From Alkalispirochaeta sp. (GTDB lineage Bacteria > Spirochaetota > Spirochaetia > DSM-27196 > Alkalispirochaetaceae), in contig OZ271854.1 of NCBI GenBank assembly GCA_965601925.1, positions 192,001 through 256,000 on the forward strand: 64,000 nucleotides of DNA, read 5' to 3'. How positions within the stretch are numbered: position 1 is the stretch's first letter; each line of letters begins with the position of its first letter. The translations under genes and the position numbers were made by a program. The notes below the pieces were generated by a model that worked only from the letters and a program-made list of their open reading frames with translations, did no database searches and was not told the origin of the DNA. This document shows, one piece after another, positions 51,780 to 60,250 of this stretch.

Positions 51780-53195
51780 CTATACCAATATCGTCGCCGG
51801 TACCTCGACGAGCGTGACGAAGCGCTGTAGAAAAATCGCTCCTTGGGCACCGTCGATCAGGCGATGGTCGATGGTGAGGCTGAAATCCATCACCGAACGC
51901 ATGGCGATTTCGCCGTCGTCGCGCCGTTCCAGCTCCTCCCTGATCGTGCCGACGCCGAGGATTGCCGCCTCCGGCGGGTTGATCATGGGCGTAAAGGTGG
52001 TGATACCGTACATGCCGAGGTTCGAGACGCTGAAGGTGCCGCCCTGCATGTCCGCGACCTCCAATTTGCGCTCCCGGGCGCGGCGCCCCAACTCACGGGC
52101 GCGTTCGGAAATCCGGGAGAGCGTCATGTCCGCGGCGTGGTGAATGACCGGTACGACGAGTCCCTGCTCCAAAGCGACCGCCATACCGATATTCACCGCA
52201 CCGTGGTACACGACCTCGTCGTCGTCCAAACTCACGCGCATCCACGGGCACGCGGCGACCGCCTTGGCGGCGGCGAGGAGTATGAAGTCGTTGATCGAGA
52301 ACCTCGAGCGCCCCGCATCAACGCCGTTCAGCTCCTTCCGCAAGCGCAGCAGCGCATCGACGCGAGCGATACCGTTGAGCGTCACCGGCGGGATCGTGAG
52401 GTGGCTTTCAGACATGCGTTGCGCGATTACTCGACGCATCCCGGTAAGAGCGACGCGCTCGTCGCCCGGGAGTTCGACGGACGGCGCAGCGGCAGCCGGC
52501 GGGGACGGAGCGGCGGTGGTCGAGCGCGCCAGAACGGACCCCTGCTCCACAACGTCCCGACGTAGGATGCGCCCACCGGGACCGCTTCCCCGGACCGCGG
52601 TAAGATCGATACCGGCTTGGTCGGCCTCGGTGCGTGCCAAGGGAGTCGCGGGGGAGCTTCGACGTTCGACGGCCTCGATATCGACAAGGCGTACCTCGCC
52701 GGCGGGGCCGCTCGGCATGACGCCGGCGATGTCGACGGCCAGCTCCGCGGCACGACGGCGTGCGGCCGGCGTCGCCTTGGTTCGGCCCTCGACGCTCTCG
52801 GCAAGCGACTCCGTACCGGTTGTCGCGGCGTCGGCCGCCGCTCTTGCGCGCTCGGAAGTCGGAATGACCGTCGTGCGCGCCGTGGTCTCGACCGCCGGAG
52901 TATCGACCGGCGACGCGGGAGAGGGGCCTGCCGCGGCCGCCTCGGGCGCGTTCTCACCCTCCGTGCCGATCCACCCGATTGTGTGAGTTACGGGCACTAC
53001 GTCGCCGGCGTCGTGAAGGATGCCGAGAAGATATCCCGCCGTTTCGGCCTCCACCGGCATCGCTACCTTGTCGGTTTCGATCTCTAAAATCTCATCGCCG
53101 ACCTCGATACGATCGCCGACCTCGACCTTCCACTCGATAATCGTGCCCGTCTCCATAGCCATGCCGGCCTTGGGCATAATGATCTCTGTCGCCAC
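51780..53195 (-). CDS. Dihydrolipoamide acyltransferase E2 (AcoC/PdhC-like)
   Basis: Lipoyl ETDKV, two peripheral-subunit-binding repeats, SNLGM, and catalytic DHRLIDG; SD GGAGG before GTG 53195. Confidence 0.92.
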   Translation of the reverse strand: MATEIIMPKAGMAMETGTIIEWKVEVGDRIEVGDEILEIETDKVAMPVEAETAGYLLGILHDAGDVVPVTHTIGWIGTEGENAPEAAAAGPSPASPVDTPAVETTARTTVIPTSERARAAADAATTGTESLAESVEGRTKATPAARRRAAELAVDIAGVMPSGPAGEVRLVDIEAVERRSSPATPLARTEADQAGIDLTAVRGSGPGGRILRRDVVEQGSVLARSTTAAPSPPAAAAPSVELPGDERVALTGMRRVIAQRMSESHLTIPPVTLNGIARVDALLRLRKELNGVDAGRSRFSINDFILLAAAKAVAACPWMRVSLDDDEVVYHGAVNIGMAVALEQGLVVPVIHHAADMTLSRISERARELGRRARERKLEVADMQGGTFSVSNLGMYGITTFTPMINPPEAAILGVGTIREELERRDDGEIAMRSVMDFSLTIDHRLIDGAQGAIFLQRFVTLVEVPATILV

Positions 53196-53211
53196 GGGTA
53201 CCTCCCTCGTC

Positions 53212-54189
53212 TCAGCCGAGAAGCGCTCGGACCGCCGATGCGATCGTCTCGTGGGTCGGCACGACATTGGCTTCCAGGACCGGGTTATAGGGGATCGGGA
53301 CGTCGAGGCCGCCCAGGCGTTTGATCGGCGCATCGAGAAAGTAAAACGCGTCGCTGTCGGCGATGCGCGCCGCGATCTCGCCGCCGTAGCCGCCGGTCTG
53401 CACCGCCTCGTGGACGATGAGCACGCGACCGGTCTTCTTGGCGCTTGCAATGATCGGCGCGTCGTCCAGGGGCATGAGGGTGCGCGGATCGACGATCTCC
53501 AGCTCAATCCCCTCTTTTGCGAGCTCAATCGCCACTTCCAGGCAACGGTTGACCATACGTCCCCATGTGACGACCGTGATGTGACGCCCCTCCCTCTTGA
53601 TGTCGGAGGCGGAGAGGGGAACTGTGTACTCTTCCTCCGGCACCTCACCCTTGACGCGATAGAGGAGCTTCTGTTCCAGGAAAACGACCGGATTGTCGTC
53701 GGCGATCGCGCTCTTGAGAAGCCCTTTGGCGTCGTAAGGGGTCGACGGCGTCACGACCTTGAGTCCCGGGACGTGGGTATACCACGCCTCCATGCTGGAG
53801 GAGTGCTGCGCCGCGGCGCCCGTTCCGCTTCCGGCGGGAGCACGGACGACCATCGGCACCTGCGCCTTGCCGCCGAACATATAGCGCATCTTCGCCGCTT
53901 GATTGACCAACTGGTCCATCCCGATGGTGATGAAGTCGCTGAACTGAATCTCCGCGATCGGACGCATACCCGTCACCGCGGCGCCGGCTGCGGCGCCGAC
54001 GATAACCGCCTCCGAGATCGGTGTATCTCGGATGCGCTCCTCGCCGAACTCGTCGATCATGCCGACCGACACGCCGAACGCACCGCCGTACACGCCGATG
54101 TCCTCGCCCATGAGGAAGACATCGTCGCTCTTGCGCATCTCCTCGCTCATCGCTTCGCGGATCGCTTCCGCGTAGGTTATTTCTCGCAT
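53212..54189 (-). CDS. TPP-dependent 2-oxoacid/acetoin dehydrogenase E1 beta
   Basis: GEDIG.YGG, DTPISE, AAQHS, PGLKVV and DAPIKR motifs; SD AAGGAG. Confidence 0.93.
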   Translation of the reverse strand: MREITYAEAIREAMSEEMRKSDDVFLMGEDIGVYGGAFGVSVGMIDEFGEERIRDTPISEAVIVGAAAGAAVTGMRPIAEIQFSDFITIGMDQLVNQAAKMRYMFGGKAQVPMVVRAPAGSGTGAAAQHSSSMEAWYTHVPGLKVVTPSTPYDAKGLLKSAIADDNPVVFLEQKLLYRVKGEVPEEEYTVPLSASDIKREGRHITVVTWGRMVNRCLEVAIELAKEGIELEIVDPRTLMPLDDAPIIASAKKTGRVLIVHEAVQTGGYGGEIAARIADSDAFYFLDAPIKRLGGLDVPIPYNPVLEANVVPTHETIASAVRALLG

Positions 54190-54199
54190 CATCGACTCC

Positions 54200-55219
54200 T
54201 TACGCGTACACGTCGTTGAGAATGTCGGAGAGGTCCGGTGCTTCCGAAGAGTCGGCGAAACGCACCGCCGCCTCGATGTCTTCCCGAGCCTGCGCCTCGA
54301 TCTCCTCGAGTTCTTTTTCATTCGCCGCGCGACGCTCGAGCATCGCGTCGTGCAAAATCCGGATCGGATCGCGTTCGCGCCACTCGCTGATCTCTTCCTT
54401 CGTACGATAACGGTTGGCGTCGCTCTTGGAGTGCCCCATGTAGCGATACGTCTCGCTCACGATCAGACTCGGACCGTTCGTTCTCACGTACTCGACCGCC
54501 TCGACCATGGCGTCGTACACCTCAAAGACGTTCTGACCGTCGATCGTCTTCCCCGGTATGCCGTACGCCTTCGCGCGGTCGGACAGATCGTCGATCTTGA
54601 TACTCTTGTGACGACTCATCGACATACCGTACTGGTTGTCCTCGCACACGAAGACGATCGGAAGATCCCACACCGAGGCGAGGTTGACCGACTCGTGAAA
54701 GCTCCCCTCGTTAATCGCGCCGTCTCCGAAAAAGCTCACGACTACTCGATCCTGCTTACGCATCTTGACCGTGAGAGCCGCTCCCACCGCGATGGGAATA
54801 CCGCCGCCGACGATACCGTTGGCCCCCAAATTGCCGCGCGTCAAGTCGGCGATGTGCATCGATCCGCCCTTGCCTTTACAGTAACCGTTCGCTTTTCCGA
54901 GGAGCTCCGCCATCATACGATTCAGGTCGATTCCCTTGGCGATCGTATGCCCGTGACCGCGGTGTGTGCTGGTAATGAGATCCTCGTTGGTCAACGGCGC
55001 GATGGAGCCCACCGCGGTGGCCTCCTCTCCGATGTAGAGATGGGTCGTACCGTGGATCATCCCACGAGAAAAGAAATACGCCACCTTCTCCTCGAAGGCG
55101 CGAATTTGATTCATCCGGGAGTACATACCTTTGAGCTCGTCGGCGCCGAGGGCGTCCGACGGTCGTTTTTTCGTAGTGCGGGTCTTTGTCGCTGTCTTTC
55201 CTGCCACCTTCGCCTCCAT
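54200..55219 (-). CDS. TPP-dependent dehydrogenase E1 alpha (AcoA-like)
   Basis: [26 protein letters not shown]...N TPP motif and YRYMGHS. Confidence 0.93.
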   Translation of the reverse strand: MEAKVAGKTATKTRTTKKRPSDALGADELKGMYSRMNQIRAFEEKVAYFFSRGMIHGTTHLYIGEEATAVGSIAPLTNEDLITSTHRGHGHTIAKGIDLNRMMAELLGKANGYCKGKGGSMHIADLTRGNLGANGIVGGGIPIAVGAALTVKMRKQDRVVVSFFGDGAINEGSFHESVNLASVWDLPIVFVCEDNQYGMSMSRHKSIKIDDLSDRAKAYGIPGKTIDGQNVFEVYDAMVEAVEYVRTNGPSLIVSETYRYMGHSKSDANRYRTKEEISEWRERDPIRILHDAMLERRAANEKELEEIEAQAREDIEAAVRFADSSEAPDLSDILNDVYA

Positions 55220-55273
55220 CTTCGGCCGCGTCGACTACGTCGGAGTACTATCCGAGCCGTGCGCACGCGGAAT

Positions 55274-55340
55274 GAAAATTATTCCAACATTTGGAAAATA
55301 TTTCTGTCTCAGACTACTATTTATTCACACGGCGGGTCAA
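55274..55340 (-). promoter_or_regulatory. Promoter and palindromic operator of the dehydrogenase operon
   Basis: TTGACC-18-TAGTCT on the minus strand (55340-55311), followed by the inverted repeat GAAAATTATTCCAA-cat-TTGGAAAATATTTC (55274-55304). Confidence 0.65.
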
Positions 55341-55359
55341 GGCATAATAGACGCACACT

Positions 55360-56301
55360 ATGAGCCGAGAACACGCACAACTACAGAAGATAGCTCGTTT
55401 ATATTACATCGAGGATCTCAATCAACGCCAAATAGCGGACAAACTGAACATTAGTATGGCGAGTGTCTCACGTAGCCTCGCCCGGGCGAAGGAGACGGGA
55501 ATCGTGACGATTTCGATCTCCGACACGCCCGACAGCTTTCACGAGCTGGAGGTCGCGATCGAGCGCCGTTACGGAATCAAAGAGTGCGTGGTGACGCCCT
55601 CGGCCGAGAAGACCGAAAACACCTATCGCGCCTTTGCGTCGGCGGTCGCCGAGCTCCTTCCACGAGTGATGTCGCGTCGAGGCCTAATCGGCGTGAGCTG
55701 GGGAGAGACGCTCAAGGCGCTCGGAGAGGAGATTCGGAGCGTCGAATCGTTGCATTGCGACGTAGTGCCGGTTATCGGAGCCATGGGTACGATAGAGACG
55801 GGCATATACCCCAACAGTATTGCACGCACCTTTGCCGATCGGACCGGTGGCGACGCCTACCTTATCAACGCTCCGGCGGTGCTCGACTCCGAGGAGACGG
55901 CCGAGCGATTGGTACGCGACAGCACCTTTGAACAGGTTCGCTCCTCGTGGCAACGCCTCGATCTGGCGATTCTCGGAGCAAGTACGCTGGGAAAGGAGAC
56001 GAGCGTGCACAAGAGCGGCATCTTCTCAGTCGCGGAGTTGGAATCGCTCCGCGCGGCCGGCGCCGTCGCCGCGACGAACTTTCTCTTTCTCTCCGCCGAG
56101 GGAGCGGTATTGGACCACCCCTTGAGCAGGCGGATCGTCTGCCTACCGGAGTCGCTCATGCGACGCATTCCCAACGTTATCGTCGCCGCCGGCGGTCCCG
56201 GCAAGGCGCCGGCGATCGCCGCAACGCTCAAGAGCGGATTGGCCCATATTCTCGTCACCGACGCAACGACCGCCGCGGAGCTGGTAGAGGTGCATCCGTA
56301 A
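55360..56301 (+). CDS. SorC/DeoR-family sugar-binding transcriptional regulator
   Basis: ARLYYIEDLNQRQIA HTH, GVSWGETL, and A.G.GKA.AI...LVTD sugar-binding domain. Confidence 0.92.
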   Translation: MSREHAQLQKIARLYYIEDLNQRQIADKLNISMASVSRSLARAKETGIVTISISDTPDSFHELEVAIERRYGIKECVVTPSAEKTENTYRAFASAVAELLPRVMSRRGLIGVSWGETLKALGEEIRSVESLHCDVVPVIGAMGTIETGIYPNSIARTFADRTGGDAYLINAPAVLDSEETAERLVRDSTFEQVRSSWQRLDLAILGASTLGKETSVHKSGIFSVAELESLRAAGAVAATNFLFLSAEGAVLDHPLSRRIVCLPESLMRRIPNVIVAAGGPGKAPAIAATLKSGLAHILVTDATTAAELVEVHP

Positions 56302-56346
56302 CGATGGAGTTCCGATGCGGCGGGTTGCATCGCAACGCAACGACAC

Positions 56347-57369
56347 TCACGGGTGCGCGTCGACCGTCGACGCCGTCCCCGCCGAACGTCGCACGGACTC
56401 CGGCGTTGATCCGGTCCAGGTACTAAAGGCGCGAAAGAACGAGTTGGAATCGTCGAATCCCAAGAGAAATGAGATTTCAGAAGCGGTCAACCGGGAGCTC
56501 GTCAGGTAGTGCAGCGCGAGATCGGTGCGCGTCCTCCTGAGCACCTCGTGAAATGTCGTGCCTTCGCTATGTAGACGCCGCTGGAGAGTTCTCTTGCTCA
56601 TTATGAGCTTCTCGGAGATCGATTCCATCGAGGTACGCCCGCTCGGGAGAAACTCCAGGAGGACCGAGCCGACGCGCTCGGCTACGGTCGCCTTCTCATC
56701 CAAGTCGGCGAGGCGTCGCTTCAGATCGGGGGCAAATGCCTCCCACATGCGCTCGTTGGCCGTCAAAAAAGGCATCACTGCGTCATGGAGAGAGAAACTG
56801 ACGGAGTGTTCGTCCGCGCGCGTGACCCTGACACCGAAGAATCGCTCGTACTCGGCCGCAGGCTCCGGCGGCTCGCTCGTCGTCACGCGCACCGGTCGAA
56901 TCATCTCGCGTGTCGCGATTCGTCCGAGGGCGACGAAAAAGATAAGCTCCGCGGCGACGAGTGAGGCCGGGGGCGGGAGGACCGTCTCGAGCCAGCGGAA
57001 GGTGAGCGTAACATTCCCGTCGGCCTCGCGAACGTCCAGAGCGATCGGCGCAATGAGCGGCTTGTAACGGCTGATACGCATCGCAGCCGTCCTAAGATTC
57101 GGGCTACAGAGTCCCGCAAACAGCGGCGGCGAGAAGGTCTCCACCGTCAACGCCTCACCGAGACGGATGGGGAACAACGGATCGCCGATTTTCGCCTCCA
57201 CACTTCGCCACAAGCGAAAGTACTCCTCACTACCAAGACGTACGTCTTGGCGGGCAAACAGATCATCGGGTAGTCCCGCCTGCCGCAACGCATCGGCCGG
57301 ATTCACCCCGAGATCGCGTAGGAGGGGCCGCCAATTGACGGCTATCGCGTATCCACCGCTTCGCTTCAT
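56347..57369 (-). CDS. AraC family transcriptional regulator
   Basis: N-terminal ligand domain (CSPNL); C-terminal SKRTLQRRL and ISFLLGF.D.NSF.RAF..WTG.TP. Confidence 0.93.
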   Translation of the reverse strand: MKRSGGYAIAVNWRPLLRDLGVNPADALRQAGLPDDLFARQDVRLGSEEYFRLWRSVEAKIGDPLFPIRLGEALTVETFSPPLFAGLCSPNLRTAAMRISRYKPLIAPIALDVREADGNVTLTFRWLETVLPPPASLVAAELIFFVALGRIATREMIRPVRVTTSEPPEPAAEYERFFGVRVTRADEHSVSFSLHDAVMPFLTANERMWEAFAPDLKRRLADLDEKATVAERVGSVLLEFLPSGRTSMESISEKLIMSKRTLQRRLHSEGTTFHEVLRRTRTDLALHYLTSSRLTASEISFLLGFDDSNSFFRAFSTWTGSTPESVRRSAGTASTVDAHP

Positions 57370-57585
57370 ATCGTCACCTCGTCAGTATATCTCATCGCAC
57401 TGCAAACGTGTTCCGCCTTGATACCGGCGGCAAAGGCGTCGTCGCCGTGGGTCGTACGCTCCTCGCCGCCCCACTCGGCACCGGTACCGACGGGATGCCG
57501 CCGCCCATCGTATCGAAGGGAGTCGCGTGAAGCGTACGGCGCGCGCCATGAGAACGAGAATAGCGAGGCGAGCGTCGCGCGGAAC

Positions 57586-57620
57586 GGACAAAAGACGCCG
57601 CCGTACTAACAAAAAGCGCC
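57586..57620 (-). promoter_or_regulatory. Candidate AraC-family tandem binding sites
   Basis: Minus-strand direct repeats GGCGCTTTTTGTTA and GGCGTCTTTTGTCC, 21 bp apart. Confidence 0.45.
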
Positions 57621-57757
57621 GTTCGACATGGTGCGAATGCGGAAGCGCGTCGGATCGCCGAGCAACGCCGGAGTATGCGGAGGTCTACCGAGTAGGAACC
57701 TCAGGACCGGGACGTCGAAGGTCCACATGCGTTCGGCATCGTTATACTATACAGACG

Positions 57758-58081
57758 ATGAAACGCCCCGCTCCCCATAACCGGATCTTGGACCTTCTGC
57801 GCGTGATTCCGGCCGTCGACTGTCAGAATCGCCTGATGCGCGTCGCCGACAAGGATCTTTCCCTCTCCCTCTTGTACATGAGTGACGAGCAGCGGGACAG
57901 AATCCTTACATTCGTTGGGGCGGCCAAGGCCCGACGTGTCCTTGCGGAACTTGATCGCCATCGGCACACGCGAATCCTCTACGCCCAGTACGAGGTGGCC
58001 GCGGGAGTGGTGGCCAAGGTTCTCCAAGGCGGCTCCGCCCGCTCGCCGCGCAGCTACTATCGCCCGGTAGGAAAACGGTGA
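57758..58081 (+). CDS. Small stand-alone FliG C-terminal-like domain protein
   Basis: DCQNRLMRVADKDLSLSL...EQRDRIL..V...KARRV..EL resembles FliG-C (IQ.LLREV...DLALALK...E.REKI). Confidence 0.55.
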   Translation: MKRPAPHNRILDLLRVIPAVDCQNRLMRVADKDLSLSLLYMSDEQRDRILTFVGAAKARRVLAELDRHRHTRILYAQYEVAAGVVAKVLQGGSARSPRSYYRPVGKR

Positions 58082-58138
58082 GCGTGTATCGGCCGACGAC
58101 ACCGATGGGCGCGGATTGCCGGCACCGCGAGGGGCCGA

Positions 58139-58360
58139 CTACATGCGGTCGGCCACGCTCAACAAACGTACGCGGCAGATCACACCGCTTCCGAAAAAAG
58201 AGAGTCCGGCGTTGAGGACCGTTAATCCCCCGGTCCCGATCCAAAACCACGGGAGTCCCGAGCCTCTGCGGATGATCGCCTCGCCGACGACGGCAACGCC
58301 CGCGCCCACGAGGACGAGCCCGGTGATGCAAAACAGGAGCCACCGGGTGCGCAGATTCAC
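58139..58360 (-). CDS. Small two-TM membrane protein
   Basis: GTG start 2 nt after the upstream stop; two Gly-rich hydrophobic helices with WFWIGT between them. Confidence 0.65.
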   Translation of the reverse strand: MNLRTRWLLFCITGLVLVGAGVAVVGEAIIRRGSGLPWFWIGTGGLTVLNAGLSFFGSGVICRVRLLSVADRM

Positions 58361-58362
58361 CG

Positions 58363-58962
58363 TTACTGCCCCATTAGGCTCTCGAGGGAACCGGTGAACT
58401 CGACGGTCGACACGACCTGAGCGAGTTGTTCGTGCCGCGATACGAGATCCTCGCGAAATCCAAGGGCGACGCCGAAAACGATCACATTCTCCTGCTCGTG
58501 CGTCACGAACACGATCCCCGAGACCTCGTGGGAAACATTGTCGAAAAGAATCGAAGGAACCTCTCGCCCGCCGAACTGGTGCGTCATCCGCTCCCTGTTC
58601 TGCAGGTCGGCGTCCTCGGCCATCATATTCTCGAATATCCCGTCCACGATGGCGCCCTGATCGTCGACGGAGATTCCCATCATCGAGAGGAGCATCGTCG
58701 GTAGAATACCGAAGGTTAACATCGCGTCCCCCGGTTGCACATCCGGAGCCTCGCGATTCAAGTCGCCGAGAAGCGCTTCGCGGTTGACCACCCAGATCGA
58801 ATCGCTCCCGTTGGCGACGTACCATCCGTCGGGATAGTAAAAAGCGATCTCGAACTCCTCGTCGACATGGTCGGTATAGCCGGCCGGCCGGCTACCGAGT
58901 TGCCCGTGTGCCGCCGCGACCGCGACGGTGAAGACGATTGTATACAGAATGATTTGTCTCAT
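58363..58962 (-). CDS. Secreted hypothetical protein (possibly PsbP/Mog1-like fold)
   Basis: Signal peptide ending AHG-Q; F.YPDGW motif and terminal VVSTVEF; acidic. Confidence 0.75.
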   Translation of the reverse strand: MRQIILYTIVFTVAVAAAHGQLGSRPAGYTDHVDEEFEIAFYYPDGWYVANGSDSIWVVNREALLGDLNREAPDVQPGDAMLTFGILPTMLLSMMGISVDDQGAIVDGIFENMMAEDADLQNRERMTHQFGGREVPSILFDNVSHEVSGIVFVTHEQENVIVFGVALGFREDLVSRHEQLAQVVSTVEFTGSLESLMGQ

Positions 58963-58996
58963 ACCGTAGGCTACGGTATGCCATATCTACTGTCAA
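58960..58996 (-). promoter_or_regulatory. Leaderless promoter overlapped by a perfect palindromic operator
   Basis: TTGACA-17-TAGCCT-5-ATG; palindrome CATACCGTAG-g-CTACGGTATG at 58960-58980. Confidence 0.7.
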
Positions 58997-59103
58997 CGCG
59001 TTCTCTCATGCGACACGCAACGGCGCAGCGCAGGCGATCCTCCCCGAGTCGAATAACGGCGTAGTTGAAACGCAGCCTGAAGTTGAGTAATTTTGTAAAT
59101 GAT

Positions 59104-59571
59104 ATGGTAGTAACAAAAGACAAGTACATCACGATCGAGTATGAGTTTTCCGCACCCGACGGAACGCTTCTCGGTAGCAGCGAATACAGTGGGCCCTTCA
59201 CATTCAAGCAGGGATACGGGGATGTCGTGCCCGGACTCGACACCAGGGTAGAGGGCGCACGCATAGGCGACGAGCTCTCGTTCGTTATCCCTCCCGAGGA
59301 GGGCTACGGCGTCCGCGACGAGGCGCAGGTCAAGCGTCTGCCGAAAGACGCGCTTCCCTTGGGACGCGAGCCGGAGCCGGGTTTGCGCGTCAACATCAAC
59401 GGAACGATCATGATCATAAGCGAGGTCACCTCGACCGAGTTGGTGCTCGACGGCAACCACCCGCTTGCGAGCGTACCGCTCGACTTCACAGTTAGGGTCA
59501 CCGCCATCAGCGATGAAGCGCCCGAACCCGTGGGCGGATGCGGATGCGGCGGCACGTGTAGCTGTAACTGA
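59104..59571 (+). CDS. slyD: FKBP-type peptidyl-prolyl isomerase SlyD
   Basis: IPPEEGYG, LDGNHPLA and L.F.V.V motifs; Cys-rich tail GGCGCGGTCSCN; upstream TTGAAA-17-TAATTT supports ATG 59104. Confidence 0.9.
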   Translation: MVVTKDKYITIEYEFSAPDGTLLGSSEYSGPFTFKQGYGDVVPGLDTRVEGARIGDELSFVIPPEEGYGVRDEAQVKRLPKDALPLGREPEPGLRVNINGTIMIISEVTSTELVLDGNHPLASVPLDFTVRVTAISDEAPEPVGGCGCGGTCSCN

Positions 59572-59710
59572 TCGGTACCATCGTTGTTATCGTCCTCAGG
59601 GAGTACTACAATGCTCGTTGGGGGCGATACATATAAAAAATGTTTACGTAAGAGAAATCGAAGAAAAACCCGAGTACATGACATTATTCTTGCTTTCTTG
59701 AAAAAAGACC

Positions 59711-59739
59711 TTGCCAGGAGGATGCGAGACTACTAAGAT
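59711..59739 (+). promoter_or_regulatory. Sigma70 promoter with AT-rich upstream tract
   Basis: TTGCCA-17-TAAGAT preceded by A-tracts. Confidence 0.6.
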
Positions 59740-59786
59740 TACGGTATGTAAAGATTATTGGAGATAGTATCTGAGGTTTTTTTCGA

Positions 59787-60161
59787 ATGTTGATTTCTGA
59801 TTCCGGCTTCGGCGATACGTTATGGCTTCCGGAACCATCCGAAACCAGCGAAGAGCAGCGTTACATCGTCGCAAACCACTTACGAATTCTTAAAGATCTC
59901 CTGGCTAGCGCGCACCGCGGCCGGTGTAAGGGAGCAAAAGTCGCTGAGGCGGCCACCGCGATACTGAAGCGAGTCGAGGAGTACATCTCGACGCAACGGG
60001 AAGAATATCCGTCGTCGTGGGTCGTTCGGTTCGATGCGGAGGCGTCCATTGACGATATCTTAACGACGGTTCGCTCTCTCTGGGGTAAAGCGGGACGAGA
60101 CCTCGAAAAGGATATCGTGGTAGTTACGACGAAGATAGATACACTTCTCGGTGCCATGTAG
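59787..60161 (+). CDS. Hypothetical helical protein
   Basis: 124-aa ORF with amphipathic helices, its own promoter and a GAGGT SD-like sequence. Confidence 0.7.
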   Translation: MLISDSGFGDTLWLPEPSETSEEQRYIVANHLRILKDLLASAHRGRCKGAKVAEAATAILKRVEEYISTQREEYPSSWVVRFDAEASIDDILTTVRSLWGKAGRDLEKDIVVVTTKIDTLLGAM

Positions 60162-60250
60162 CGATTCTTTTTTCCTTTGTCTTGACACCGACCGATCGTC
60201 GACACTATCGATACCGAGGCCGAACTGGACACCGTTATCGCGGCGTTCGG

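Noticed and set aside
59560..59620. Selenocysteine recoding at the slyD TGA after the Cys-rich tail
   Set aside because: No bacterial SECIS-like hairpin follows, and the protein is complete at the stop.
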